A DNA stretch of 63,078 nt, filler included, from Lenisia limosa (lineage: Eukaryota; Protista; Breviatea): NCBI GenBank assembly GCA_001655205.1. It is 10 parts of 10 records of this genome, joined end to end, with 100 filler letters (N's around TTAATTAATTAA, not from the genome) between each part and the next. Parts side by side here need not be neighbours in the genome. Positions count along the whole stretch, not along the records: positions 21,344 to 37,540 come from LPNZ01011297.1; 9 more parts are not named here. One strand, 5' to 3'. Under the pieces are notes generated by a model. The model was not told where the DNA came from. It made no database searches and saw nothing but the letters and a program-made list of their open reading frames with translations. A program made the position numbers and the translations under genes. This document shows positions 24,045 to 37,540 of this stretch, piece after piece (position 1 is the first letter of the stretch; each line of letters opens with the position of its first letter).

Positions 24045-27000
24045 ATGGCATCACTATCTGAGACAAGTATTCAAGTATGGTTGTTACATATAATATTTTG
24101 CCATATTCATATGAGCGATTTGGGACATGCTGGTAACCATTTTAGCGGGAGCGAACTCCAGAGTTTGAGCAGGCCGTTTCCCACAAAGCGTCAGTCCTCG
24201 CTGAGTTGTCATGGATTGCTGAACACTCCAGGGTGGCTGTTACCCCAGTGTCAAAACTGTGGGTGNNNNNNNNNNNNNNNNNNNNNNNNNNNNNNNNNNN
24301 NNNNNNNNNNNNNNNNNNNNNNNNNNNNNNNNNNNNNNNNNNNNNNNNNNNNNNNNNNNNNNNNNNNNNNNNNNNNNNNNNNNNNNNNNNNNNNNNNNNN
24401 NNNNNNCAAAATTTATCGAAAAAAAGCGAGTCTTTTGCTCACTCACCTTTTAGGTCTAATTTGTCATCGATTCATTCCCCCTTTTCCCCAGCCTCTTCAA
24501 CAAACAGTGGGTGAGGCTTTAGATGTTCAAATAAAAATCTAATCTTCTTTCATTTTCTTCTAAAATTCGAGTTTATTACTAAAATTTGATAAATATTATT
24601 AGAGAGAACAACAATACAGAGACTGTAAGTCGTAATGACCTACAGTACTAAAGCAGACATTTCTCATTCATTTGTTTTGTGATACCTCAGATTCCCCACA
24701 ACCAAATCAAAATGCGCCCTTGTCCTCCCCTTCTCAAGTAAGTAGGTATTCGTTGAGACTTCAGTCGCATCTGTAAAAGATTGATATTTATGGAGTTGAG
24801 ATGATATTCTCTATTTTTATGAAAGCCATAGTGAGTTTAGTATTGTATTACATGTACATAATATATGTCCACTGTTCGCTGCTGCTTATATTTATGTTTC
24901 TAAACACGCATATACTCATATGATCCGTTGTTCATTAGCGCTTTCCCAATGATCAATGGTTCCAATCAAAGCTTCAAAGAAATATCTTTTTTGGAGGACA
25001 ATCCTAATTCGATTTTTACCTTCAATGTCCATAGTACCTGCCTTCTTCCCCATTGCAGACAGACGTTGTCAGTAGCCTCACTTTTGAGCACACCTTATCC
25101 TTTTTCACCATTCTTATCGGGTTTAGTCCCATATGCCACCGGCACACTTGTCCCGAATGTCTCACCTCGAAAACGAAGTACGCTCCCTCCGACTTGAGTT
25201 GGCAGCCGAGCAAGACCGTGTCATTGCTTTGGAACACCAACTTGTCAGTTCTGGTTCTGAGTCCATGGTAGGGTCTTGTTTTAGTTGCAATTATCATACA
25301 AACACGATTCAATTTTGAGACATAAATTGAAGTTTTTTTCGGAGGCCTACTTCATTTTCAAAAGTATTGCCTTTCCACTCCTCATTTTTTAGTCAAAAAA
25401 CACGCGTAAAATGTCCCAAGAAATGGATCGCTTGAGAAGGGAATTGGCTGAACTAGGTTTGCTGGGTTTAAGGTGCTGTGAGTTGTACTAGATGGAGGGG
25501 AATAACTATTGAGCAGTATGAAGCAATATTATCAGTTGAATATAATCATACTCCTTGCTCTACTCGGGCCAAAGTGAAACTGGAATGCATCAACCAAGGT
25601 ATGATAATACACTACCCCGCGATAACTCCGTTAAGGCGGAGACAGAGACGAATTCTTTCGAAAAAAGGAAGCCCTTGAAAAGGCGCAGGCGCTCCTCACA
25701 AGGAAACAAGAAGAATTTGAGGCCAATCGTGAACGAAGTAGAGCAAATGATTTCAATGAAGTTGAGACCGAAAGAGCTCGCACCTGTAGACTTCAGGTAC
25801 AGCTCTGGTGGCTTTTCCTGTATTGGTGTTAAGGGTCGTCATATTCATTTGGTGTGGCCTCTACCCTCGCTACGTACCCGTTGTGTTCTCATCTTGCTCA
25901 TATGATCAGGATCAGATCCAGGCAGACATTCAAGATGTTGAAGAAAGAAAGGCTCGAGTGCTCCGGTCCGAGCAAGAGGTTCAGGCTGTCAGAGCAGCTG
26001 TGGAAGCTGAAAGAGTTGAGCAAAGCCTCCAGGTTAGTAGCAAGTCTCTTTTGTTTGACAATAGTAGATACAATCAAAATAATCGAAATGCCAGATTACA
26101 TCAGATACAGCATGGGTAGCACTTTATTTTTTTGATATGCAGTACCCTTCTACACCACACATTTCTTTGGCTATTTGCTACCAATATCATACAATAACAA
26201 TCACCAGGCCGAACAGCTTAAAGCTACTGAAGAGTCATGTGCTGTCCGCACCGAAGAGCTGAGAACGGGTCAAGAAATGCTCCTCCATCACCAGCAGCAG
26301 TTTGAATTTGAGAGGCGACGGGTACTGTCGCAACATGCAATGGAAGTGGGAGGGTTTTTGTAATTACATGCTACTGTCGGGGATGTGAAATGAGGCCTTA
26401 ATACAAGCAGTGTCCTGCTATTCGATAACATTTTAGATTGAGAAGGAGAAGGCTCTTCTTCGCGAAATTAAGTCTCGTCTTGAAGAGGATCGGAATCAAT
26501 TTGAGGCTGAGAAGGAGTTGGAAGAGAAAGACCGAATGGAGAGAAGCCGCAGGTATGTGGAAGTTTACTTTCTACTGTTAATCATGATGATGTTGAGACA
26601 GCCTTTTTCATGTTCCTCACACAGATACAGAGCAACAAAAAAAAATTATGACTTTTAGAGACTCCAAAAACGAACTGGCTCTTGCTGAAACAGAGCAAAA
26701 TCGAATAAGCGAAGAACTCAAGAAGATTGAAGAAGAGAGACAGCTCGTTGACAATGAAAGAAAGAGATCAAAAGAAATGCGTGACAAGGCAGAGGAAGAA
26801 CAAAAGAAAGCAGAAGAAGAGCAAAAGAAGTTGGAGCGGCTACAAGAGGCAAAGACTGAACAAGACGCTTTGCTGAGTGACCGGAAAACACTGCTTGACC
26901 ACGAGCGTGGGGTGTTTGAGGCTGAATTGAAAAAGTTGGAAGAGAAGAAAAATGAATTAGAAGACTGCCGTTGTCGTGTGGAGAAGAAGGAAGAAGAAGT

Positions 27001-30000
27001 CACAGAAGGGATGAAAGTCCTTGAAAAGGAAAGAAAGCAGTTTGAAGAAGATCGTTTAGATCTGATTAAAGACCAGAATGCTTTTGAAAGTGAATACAAA
27101 TCCAAGAATGATGAAAAGTTGAAGTTTGAAGAGAAAGTGAAGGAGTTGGAAGAAACGAGTAGCAAACTCGCGAAGAAGGTACAGATGCTTGAAGATGAAA
27201 AGAAGGAAGTTGAAATCGAATTTGTCAATATTGAGCTGAGCAAAGCTCAAATTGAAGAGGAAAGGTGTGACATAGAAAAAATGCGAAAACAGGTTGAAGA
27301 GGAGAGAATTTCTGAGTATGACGACATGATCGAGAGTCTGCGCTCACAAATTTACCAGGAAAAGGAGAAGAATGGTGAATTGAAGAAGAAGCTTGAAGAA
27401 GGACAGGCAAAGATGGAAGAACAAACGGACACGTTGAAGAAGGAAAAGAAGGTATTTGAAGAGGTACAAAGACGAGTGGAAGTTGAGAAAAGGGAGTTTG
27501 AAATGATAAGGTCTCGATTTGAAAATGAAAAGGCAGAAAATGCTGCTCGTTTTCAGAGCCTTCAAGAAAGTAATGACGCAGAGAAGAAGCGTCTTCAACA
27601 TTTTGAGAAGAGCCTTGAGCAACAACAAAGGGACAACGAAGCGGTGGCTGAAGCAAAAAGAAAGAAAGAAGACAGTATATTTGAGAAGGAATGGTTGAGG
27701 ATTCAGGAAAAAGCTGAAGAGCTGAATGAAAGGCAAAGGAAAGTTGAAACACAGATGCACCAGGAGAAGATGAAAGAAGAGAAGAGAGAAGCTGAAGCGC
27801 TCATTCGTGATGAGAAGTTGAAAGAAGAGAAATTAAAAAATGAAGTTCAAATGAAGAAGAAGACTTTGAAAGATGAAGAGAGAGAAGTTGCCATACAAGA
27901 GCATGAGAAGAAGGTGAATGACGAGAGAAGTAAGATTGAAAGTCTTAAGAAGGAAATTGAAGAGGAAAGAGTAGAAGTTGATGAAGAGGTCAGGAAGTTG
28001 AAAGAAGAGAGGAAAAGGCTTCAAATGGAAAAAAAGTCATTTGAAGATGAGCGCGAAGACTTTTTGGCGGAACAGAAGGAGATGGAGAACAGTATGAAGA
28101 AAATCCGTTCAGAAAGAAGGGCAACCAAGGATGAGTTGCGCCGAACCGAGGAAGGACTTTTGGAGACAAAGGAAAAGGAAAGAGACAACTTGAAAGAAAG
28201 AAAGAAGATTGAAGAGTTAAACAGAATTCTTGAAGAGGAAAGAGAGGAATTTGAGTTTGAAAGGAAGACCTTCACAACAAAGCAGGAAGGTGATATTGAG
28301 GAAGAACGACGAAGAGTTAACAAGTTGAAGAAAGATATCGAAGAAAAATGTGCAAGTAAAGAAGAAGAGCTTTTAAGGGAAAAGAAGAAAATCTTGGAGG
28401 AAAAGAGGAAGCTTGAAGAGAAGCAAAATATGTATGATGACCTTTCTAATGAAGTTAGGGAGCTCAAAGAAGACCTTGGTAGAGAAAAGAAGTCCTTTTT
28501 GGAAGAAAAATGGCAGTTTGAGCAAGAAGTACTGAAGTTCAAGAAAAATGTTCATCAATTAGAAGAATCACGACCTGTACAACCAACAAGGGAAGTGCAA
28601 AGAGAGCTTGAAACTGCTAAGAACGAGCTTGAAGAAAGAGAAGCTGGTATGCAACAGCGTGAAAAGAAGGTAAAAGACGAACAAAGAAAAATTACAAATT
28701 TGAAGAAGGAAGTTGAAGAGGAAAGAGTAGAAGTAGATGAAGAGGTCAGGAAGTTGAAAGAAGAGAAGAAAAGGCTTCAAATGGAAAGAAAGTCATTTGA
28801 AGATGAGCGGGAAGACTTTTTGGCTGAACAGAAGGAGATGGAGAACAGTTTGAAGAAAATCCGCTCAGAAAGAAGGGCAACCAAGGATGACCAGCGGAGA
28901 ACCGAAGAAGAACTTTTCATGACAAAGGAGAAGGAAAGAGAAAACATGAGAGTAAGAAAGAAGCTTGAAGAGTTAAGAAGAGTACTTGAAGAAGAAAGGG
29001 AAGATTTTGAGATCGAAAAGAGGCAAAAAGAAGATGAGTTGGAAGAAAAAAGAAAACGGAATAGAGTGGAGGCAGGAGCAATCCAAGATGACATAGATCA
29101 GCTTCAAGCTGCAGCAACGATCATCCAGGCTGAAGATCAACAACCAAGGTTATCTCCTTTCAAGCAGTGCAATCAAGACGAGGCCGTCTGGCAGGAGGTG
29201 GAACCCCCAAGAGAGTAAGTTTTCTTTTTCTCTTCTTCATATTTCTAAACAATCATAAGAGGCATGTTTAAATGCACCTATTGTGCTCTTCGGTTTCTTG
29301 TTAGGAACTGTGGCGAAATAATACTAGCTGCTTTTTTCATTTTACTACATTACCACTACATCCCACGTCTCAAGACAAACAAATTGGTCTCTTCCTTTGA
29401 TCTGCTGTAACTCATTTTCAGCTTCGAAAATCCTCAGAGCCCTAGCAATGGAAGGAAGGTTCAGGAGATATTAGACAATGATGATGCCATTTCAGCCCAA
29501 CTTGCTCTACTTCAATTCCAGGTGCGTTTTGACTCTTTAGTATCCCACCTCCATCATAACTGATAATCAAACTGAAGATACCCCCCCCCCATTTTGGTCT
29601 TGGTTTCAAATGGAAAGTCTCGGATATCCAAAGCACGTTATTCTTATTTGCACGTCAATTGTAAACATGATTCACACCACTTTTGCCTTCTGATTCATTT
29701 CTAACAATTGACCTCAGAGTCATAATTATTTCAATATGACAAAGTATGTTTTAAGCCCTCGTTTGTTTGTTTCTCATCAAAATTTCCTTCGTTTTTCGTG
29801 ATCGAGTGGTGGGACTATTCAAAGGCTGGCTCGGGCTTGATTTTGTTTTTGTGTTTTGTCATCTGGCTTTTGTCTAGTTTTAGTTGGTTTCTCATGTTTG
29901 TTATTCGGTTCGTGATTAGTACCTTCACGCCAATATTCTTTATCTACATCTCCCTCCCCCTAGGCTAATCAAGCTGCCCACCGCCGCCGTATTTGGGAGG

Positions 30001-30086
30001 GTGAAGTTCAGAGTTGGAGGTCACGACTTGAGGCCATTGCAAGCCCGGCCCGTAAGACGACTTCAGGTCGCTTTGACTCGTTTTGA
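24045..30086 (+). CDS. Large Glu/Lys/Arg-rich coiled-coil protein, family unassigned
   Basis: ATG at 24045, several short exons, one ~2.6-kb exon (~26624-29214), then exons DFENPQSPSNG...LLQFQ and ANQAAHRRRIWEG...RFDSF* (TGA 30084-30086) in consistent phase. Confidence 0.85.
27946..29010 (+). repeat. Internal coding duplication: ~300-bp block repeated at an offset of 756 bp (252 codons)
   Basis: GAAGAGGAAAGAGTAGAAG occurs at 27959 and 28715. Both copies encode EEERVEVDEEVRKLKEE..FEDEREDFLAEQKEMENS.KKIRSERRATKD. Confidence 0.92.
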
Positions 30087-30760
30087 TGGTATATGGTATT
30101 TTGTAAATTAGTGTAAGTATTTTTTTGAGGTGATATGTTTCGATGTATTTATTGTCTTTTTTCTTTGAGTGAAGGTGTGGGATGAGGGTTTTTGTGCCGA
30201 CACACTGAAAGCTTCCCACTTCATCACCTCTCATTTTTAATGCACTTCAAACGCATTCAGTAAAATCAGTTACAACTTATTCTACTACTCTGATTCTACT
30301 TCGGTGTTGGATTCTACTACCCTGATTCTACTTAGGCGTGGGATTTTTGTTTGGCCAACTGGGTTGCAATTGCCATCAAAGGCATGTTTTATCTGAATTA
30401 TTTCATTTCATGAAATGAACTCAGATCTTAGTATTATCTGAAATCCCTGCGACCAAAAAAACCTGGGTTGAGTATAGTGAAACCACACAAGTTAAAAAGT
30501 GGATAATGGGATAGCCCTGGCTGCAGACATAGATAAAACGTCTATATTAACCATGACATGACACTTGAAAAAGAAACAACAAACCAGAACTACACGTCAA
30601 GGATTTAAGCAAGAGCCTAGAGTATAAACGGGTTATACCACATTAGAAAAACATCGGAAAGGAGGAAGTGATGCACTCAGGGAGGGACAAATCATGAGCC
30701 AAAGTGAAGCATATTCAAACATATCGCTGAGAAAACCTGGTTTACAACTTTAGGGCATAC

Positions 30761-31521
30761 CTTGAACTCTTTTCTGACCTCCTTGACAAGGCCGGAGATC
30801 TCGTCATTATCGGCACCAGTAACGAAAATCACGGAAGTGGGGCGCTTAGTGGCTCCAGCAAATCCAAGGTCCTGCTTGGAAGGAACAAAGGCGTAAGGAA
30901 TCGAGTTCTCCTAGAGAAGAAGGGCGATTAGCATTGTTTTTGCTGAAAAAACTGATCCTACCTCGCAGAGAATGGGGATATGTGAGATGACATCAATAGG
31001 AGACACGTCACCAGCAAGAACACAGACACTAAAGGGGGTTAGGCTTTTCAAGCGCATGAAGAATACCAACCCCTTGAGCTTCTTCTTGTTAATAACCTTA
31101 ACGACCTCCTTAACACCACGGTAAACACAAGTCTTCTCCTTAGCAGCTAGAAAGTCAATAAAACAACGAGTCCTAAAAGAGTCTTACCCTTCTTGATCAT
31201 CTTGAGTGCCTTCTTAGTCACCTTAAATGACGCAAGAGGCTTTGAAATGACAGTAACGGCCTTGCATTTCTTCTCAAACTCCTCCTCCTCGGTAAGGGGG
31301 ACAGTGTTCTCTTCCTTCTTCTCCTCAACCTCAACCTCTTCCTTCTTCTCTTCGATTTCCTCCTTGACCTTCTTCGCAGCCTTTTTAGCTTCCTTCTTAT
31401 CAACCTTCTTTTCCTTCTTTTCCTTCTTATCAACCTTTACATCCTTGATCTTCTTTTCCTTCTTCTCCTTCTTCTCCTTCTTGTCCTTAGACTTTTCCTT
31501 CTTAATCTTATCCTTTCCCAT
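30761..31521 (-). CDS. NHP2: H/ACA snoRNP subunit NHP2 (L7Ae family) with a long Lys-rich N-terminal extension; last short exon unresolved
   Basis: Exons encode VISKPLASFKVTKKALKMIKK-AAKEKTCVYRGVKEVVK...[48 protein letters not shown]. Confidence 0.92.
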
Positions 31522-31711
31522 GACTGCTACAAAGGTTTAAAGGTCCACAGGAATTAATTTTTTTTGCAAAAAGAACTCTATATAAACCCCCCTGTTATTG
31601 ACATCTGTAAACTTATATAGCCGGAGACCAATAGACCAATAGACCAATTTCTTCATGTCTCATTTTCATATAACTTTATAACTGTCATATTATATCTATC
31701 TCAAGAAACAA

Positions 31712-33000
31712 ATGGGAAATAGGCAATCAACTAGCCAGTTGCCATGGCAAGATCCGCTAGTGGCTACTGTTGATTGCTTTCCATTGCTTTTTAAATCGTG
31801 GGAAGGACATAATGTTGACGGAACCTTCAAGCAAGTCATAGAACAGGCAATCGCAGCCGATTCCCAAACCAACCAGGTCCTAATTGTTAACCGTAAGCCC
31901 CTCTCACCACTACTAGCCCATATATATATTATTGACATATAGTTTCAATTATTACATTGTGCATCCTTTGTTTTCTCGGTGTATATGGTTTGGGTTGATT
32001 CGTTATCTCCCCCAGCCCTTGCCCAGGCGGTCTCAATTATCTTGGACGCAATTGAATTCAATGACCATGATGCTTTGAACGAAATCGCGGAGGTTCTGGC
32101 TACATATTGCAGGCAGCTAGCAAACCTGGTGAGGGTGATTCCGCAGCTGGTTTTATCATGTTATCCTGTGAAATAAATATTTCAAGTATTAATGGAACTC
32201 AGTAGAGTGGTTTGCGCAGAAGTACCCATTGTACAATGTTTAAAACTTGACCAGCTTGGCCCTCTTTGGTGCAGATCCCTTGGCATTTCCTGAATTTGCT
32301 ACACGTTCATTTGTGTAGTTACGAGATATCCGACCGTCCATTATCTCTATGTTGACATGCCTTGTCTTTGCAATGGCTAAAGCAGGTATGATTACTCTGA
32401 TGTTTGTTTTCAAAATTTGAAGTGGGGATCGTGGGGTTTATTGTATCAAAAACTCCCCATACGCCTTAATTACCAACTAATTTTCCCAAACTTTAATTGC
32501 GTGGAGCCCTGGATGGCAAATTGGAAGAGCAGCAATGCAGCTCTGAAACCCCCTCTCTTTCATTTGCAAGAGTTTATAAAACTAAGAGCTACTGTTTTAA
32601 GAAAACACCTCTGTTCTGCGTTCACCTTGTAGTGGAGGAATTGCCGTCATTGAACCTGACCATGTCTGTTGGCTTTCTACTTTCTCAGGCAATTCTTGTT
32701 CTCAAAGTACTCAGATCAGAGGTGGGTTATTCTGAGGGATTTCCTTTTGCCCCAAATACTTGATAGTCCTTATAGATTTGGATATTTGGCTTGGATACGA
32801 AATCATTTTGATGGATCGTCGCATTACTTAGATCTGTATCATAGTTTACAATGCCCTTGACTAACTAACCGTATAGAGTTTACAACTCCCGCTTTCGATT
32901 TTCTGTTTCTATTCGTCCCGATGCCTCCACCCCTTCAACGTCATCTCTGCAGCCTCTGTGGTGGGCTGCAGGTTCTTATAGGTGCATGTAGGCGTTTCAT
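31712..33000 (+). CDS. Uncharacterised helical protein with an N-terminal MGNRQST myristoylation-like motif
   Basis: GT-AG exons ALAQAVSIILDAIEFNDHDALNEIAEVLATYCRQLANL, LRDIRPSIISMLTCLVFAMAKA and VEELPSLNLTMSVGFLLSQAILVLKVLRSE. 3' end approximate. Confidence 0.55.
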
Positions 33001-33160
33001 TATACTAATTGTGGGTTATACAGTATTGGGGAAATACGCGTTTTAGACTGATAGGCGGTGTATCCCTGGAAATGGGGTGTGAACTTATTCTGGTGTAACC
33101 TTTTATTTCTCATTTCTGTGTTACTCACCTGTATGCAATAATCACAGGATCACTTACATC

Positions 33161-34089
33161 CTAGCTGCCTGAGGATGAACACCTTGCCATTCTATCCACT
33201 TCAATCTTGGCGACTTCTGCCACTTCCCCTGTCACAAAATACCTCACCCCTCGTACGCCTTCTACTCCTGGTGTCTCTTTGTTCTGTTTGCTTTCATTTC
33301 GTGATGTAATATTCTCATAAGTTTCAAGCATTGACTTTCTAGCTATTTCCCCCCATATCATTGGCATTCTTTGTGAGTTGTCATGCGGTATTGTGGCTAT
33401 TCGCTCCGTCACTGCTAACAAAGTGGGTTTCTCTTGCCGCTTCTACTTTTATATTGTTTGTCTTAATCGTATTTAATTGTTTTTCTTCATTCTTTGACTG
33501 CCTCAGCTGCTCTGCAAGGGACTGAACCACCTCTTCCTACTATACCCGGATCTTGAAAAAGCGTATGACAGTCATTTTGTGTTTTGTTTAGTTATTCCTT
33601 GGTTTAGTACACCTCGTCTTGATGATAGATATCTCCAATCTTCCTTAATTGCTTTTGGCAGGTTTTTGAAGACCATTTCAAGAGAATTTGTTGCTGACGT
33701 CTCTACTGAGATGACGTGGGGGTGGGGAGTCAGAAGTAGTTGTACGTAATAACCATGCTCCACTTCAGACTATGAAATTATCGAATAAAACCTTCTTTTT
33801 TTTTTTTTTTTTCTTAGTTTCTCTTTTGAGGAAATACTTCCTCTTATTACTTTAGGAGCAAAAAGCTTTCTATCAGCTCCCTCCTACGAGGTTGGTATTC
33901 AACTTCAATCAAAGATCTTTTTTTGAGTGTCATTGGTACCGCTGTTGTTACGTTTTGGTATTGTTCAGTGTTTTTTTTGTGTGTAAAGTCATCCCCCTGC
34001 ACGCGTTTGATACTTATTTTGTTAGTTCCGGCATTCAGAAACGAAGTCATCTTGGCTGCTGAAATTGCCCTAACCCCCAGGTAAACCAC
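33161..34089 (-). CDS. Possible uncharacterised gene
   Basis: Successive open segments (33847-34089, 33572-33763, 33161-33421) with plausible splice sites. No motif recognised. Confidence 0.35.
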
Positions 34090-34235
34090 AGTGTCTCTTG
34101 GGTTTCACTTGTTTTGTGATGAAGGAGTTCTTCTTGTATAGTCAGGCGTCTTCACAATGCTCTTACCATCACCTGCCACTCGTGTGGATGGCTCCGCTCA
34201 TTTTTTCAACCCCGTTGCTTGTCTTATTCCTTCAG

Positions 34236-36830
34236 GTCAGATGACACAGCACCGTTAAACCTCGTCTGGGATAAAATTAAGGAGTAGGCATGGGGATGTA
34301 GATTTACATCGGAGACTCACCCTGGTTTTGATTTTGGTAAAGACAATTTGTGCCCACTTTCGTGTCATATTTTGGGGTGAGGCAGCAGGGAGAAAATAAT
34401 TGAACTGACCTTCCAGTACGCAGGTCTTTAAGGAGCCAAATGTTTTGGACTACGATAACCTGCCACCGAAAGTAGGCTATTCTGTACTGTGTTGCAATCC
34501 TTGGCTGAATTTATTTCTTTTTCGCAAGTTTTCAAATTTGTAGTTTTTTCGAGCTAATTCTGGGATTTTTTTTTGTTGTTGAATAAATTTTCCATTTTCT
34601 TCTCATNNNNNNNNNNNNNNNNNNNNNNNNNNNNNNNNNNNNNNNNNNNNNNNNNNNNNNNNNNNNNNNNNNNNNNNNNNNNNNNNNNNNNNNNNNNNNN
34701 NNNNNNNNNNNNNNNNNNNNNNNNNNNNNNNNNNNNNNNNNNNNNNNNNNNNNNNNNNNNNNNNNNNNNNNNNNNNNNNNNTCAAATGTTCTCAAAATAG
34801 GTATCCTCCCTTTTTTATGCAATTTACCTGAATTTTTTCAACCTTCTTTTATTCATAACTTGAGTTCGGGTTTATTCCTCATTACATACTTAGTGAAGTT
34901 GCTCTTGAGGAAAATATAACAAGTGAACTAATTCCCATAAAAAAACTTCTAATAATGGTGTTGAAGAGTTTTCAATTTGACCCCCCAGATGGCACACGAG
35001 ATTCCCTTTGGCGATGTCTTCATTCATGCTGGAGATTTTTCTACCCGGGGTGACCTGAACGACATCGGCCAGTTCATTACCTTCCTCAACGATCTTCCTC
35101 ATAAACACAAATTTATTGTTCCTGGCAACCATGATGTGGTGGGTGAAATAATATCTTGTGTTGCAAGTTTGAAATTCCACAGAGGACAAGACGTCTTACG
35201 CATTAGATATTGGATGCGCAAGACTATGAAGAGTTTCTTTGCCCTGTAGCCCATCTTCTCCATGGCAAAACTGAGGGTGATCCTTTCAAAGCTCGAAAGG
35301 TGAGGTGATAATTCTTTTGTTTACAATTTTCAATACCCCCCCCCCCCCNNNNNNNNNNNNNNNNNNNNNNNNNNNNNNNNNNNNNNNNNNNNNNNNNNNN
35401 NNNNNNNNNNNNNNNNNNATTCTCATTGATACGCCCTTTTCCCTCAACGGCTACACTTTCTACGGATCGCCTGTGACCCATTTCGTTTACTCATGGGCGT
35501 TCGGGATCGACAGAGGGCAGGTGCGAGGCTTCTTGATTGGTTTTGATTATATTGTCAGAGCGGCTTTGTGTGTTTTGTTTTCATGTATTTCTCAAATGCT
35601 CTGGTTTTTTTTCAAAAAATTTATTCATTTTTGGAGTGATGGGATGCGATGCTAGAAAAGGGACTAGTCTGGGCGTTGTTTGTTTTGTGTATTTCTCAAA
35701 TATTATTCAAACAGATTTGGTTCTTGCTATTTCTCAAATGTTATTCAAACAGATTTGGTTCTGTTGTCAGCCAACAGAGTTAATTTGGGCTTTTTTGTTT
35801 CATAAATTCTAATTTTACCCCCCAGGACATGCGGCGACATTGGATGGCGGTGCCGGATAACGTGGATATTCTGATCACCCATTGCCCTCCTCTTGGTAGG
35901 CTGTTGAGGGCATCCTGACTTGCTTGGTCCCTGCTCCGGCTGAATATCGCGATAAACATCGATATACCACTGACATTATTTATGTAGTAATATATCACAA
36001 TGTATTTTTGCTGTCTAGAATGTTTGCATACTTGAGCTTCCACAAACACTCCTCTTTATTTTGCTACCCTTGAAATAAATTTATTTACCTAGAGAGACAT
36101 GATTTATTTACCCAGGGAGACATGATTTAATTGGTGCCAGTAAAGAACCTGAGTACCATGGGGGTGATTCTGACCTTCTGCTACAGGTCCAGGTTCGGAA
36201 GGGTAGTACTGAAATACCCATTTGAACATTTGTTTTTTGTTCAAAAATCCTAATACTATATAGTATGGTATGATATATCATATACTCTTCCATAAACTAG
36301 ACTTATCAACTCACGAGCGTGTGTCTTTCATCAGCAGAATTCTTGCGATATTGAACACTCTTGAACAATGTTTTTTGGTAGTGAATAATAAGGCGCCCAA
36401 GGCTCTGGTGTTTGTGGTTGCCTTTTACCCTCTTTAGGGAAGAATCCAGCCCTTGTATCATGTGTTTGGCCACAACCACTTAGGTTAGTGACATTAAAAA
36501 TAGACTTATTCGTTATTATTCTTCGAGGTAAATTATGCTGCTAATACTCTTCATTTTGCTACTGATTCATCCTGAGAGAATTACATTGATACTTTAGGGT
36601 ATGGAGCTTCGTCTGATGGCAAAACGACCTTTATCAATGCCTCCATATGTACGGAAAAGTAGGCGGAGTTGTTGACTTGGTCCCGTCCGAGTGCTAAACA
36701 TGGAAGCCCTTTCAAATCAATAACACATTTATTAGTGTAGAGGTTCCATGCAGGGAAGTCACCTTCACCTTTTAGATATGAGGCAACAAATAAGCCCTGG
36801 GTGTTTGACCTTCCGTACCGAACGAAGTAA
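34236..36830 (+). CDS. MPPED1/MPPED2-like metallophosphoesterase
   Basis: Motifs GDVFIHAGDFS, VPGNHD, FYGSP..SWAFGIDRGQ, VDILITHCPPLG, YHVFGHNHLGYG, FINASIC and NKPWVFDLP are in the expected order, with TAA at 36828-36830. The motif I (SDTH) exon was not located and may lie in the gap at 34607-34781. Confidence 0.9.
35642..35825 (+). repeat. Family D dispersed repeat ending at an intron acceptor
   Basis: GGATGC..AGAA..GACT.GTCTGGGCGTTGTTTGTTTTG...CAGCCAACAGAGTT.ATTTGGGCTTTTTTGTTTCATAA...TTTTACCCCCCAG matches the copies at 49568 and 58906. Confidence 0.8.
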
Positions 36831-37229
36831 TGTGTTTGTGTTTTTGATTTGTGTTTTTCTTTTAAGGTGTGAGGCTGTTTTAAATTGCATTGAGTGATGA
36901 AAATGTATGTTTGTATGATGTTTTTTGTCTCAGCTATTATCCCAAGTTCAGTGGAAAAGTTCCATACTATCAGATGGAGAAACAAAAACAAACAAAATCA
37001 GAGAAGAAAAAAGGAAATTGTGCTGGTACACATCGGAATAAAGAAATAAACCTATATTACTGTTATCAACAACACAACATGACAGACCTACTAAATAATA
37101 TCCTCACGACATAAACAAACAAACAAAAAAACTACAAACTACTTTTGGCTCTTTGCTGAAAGTGGGACTCTAAAAAATCAGCGATATTTGTTGGACGAAA
37201 TTCATTTTTTTAAGAGATGGAAAAAAAAT

Positions 37230-37540
37230 CAGTTCCTCTTTCTGAATCCATTCAAATAGCAAAACTTTTCAAGCTCAGTCCTGCGATCACGCTCTAAGTG
37301 AAACTTAGACAAACCTTCTTGGAGTATTATTGGCAGATTGGCACGGGGTCCTATAAGAGTAAAAGGTACTCAGCTGAAATGAAGGCCTCGAAGAAGAGAA
37401 GATGAAATTTCAAAATGTGGAAGCGTAATGCTATCCAAAGCCAACTTGGTGGTTTTGGCAATGCCGTCCCAATATTTGATGTTTGACGAAAGGGATGACA
37501 TCACACCCTCAATGGAGGCAAAAGTGTTCCATGCTTCGAA
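37230..37540 (-). CDS. 3' fragment of a gene, possibly the end of a cyclic-nucleotide phosphodiesterase catalytic domain
   Basis: FEAWNTFASIEGVMSSLSSNIKYWDG resembles the terminal helix of class I PDE domains. The match is short, and the rest is cut by the scaffold end. Confidence 0.3.

Noticed and set aside
26617-29117. Many minus-strand ORFs rich in Phe, Ser and Leu
   Set aside because: These are shadows of the purine-rich coiled-coil exon on the plus strand.
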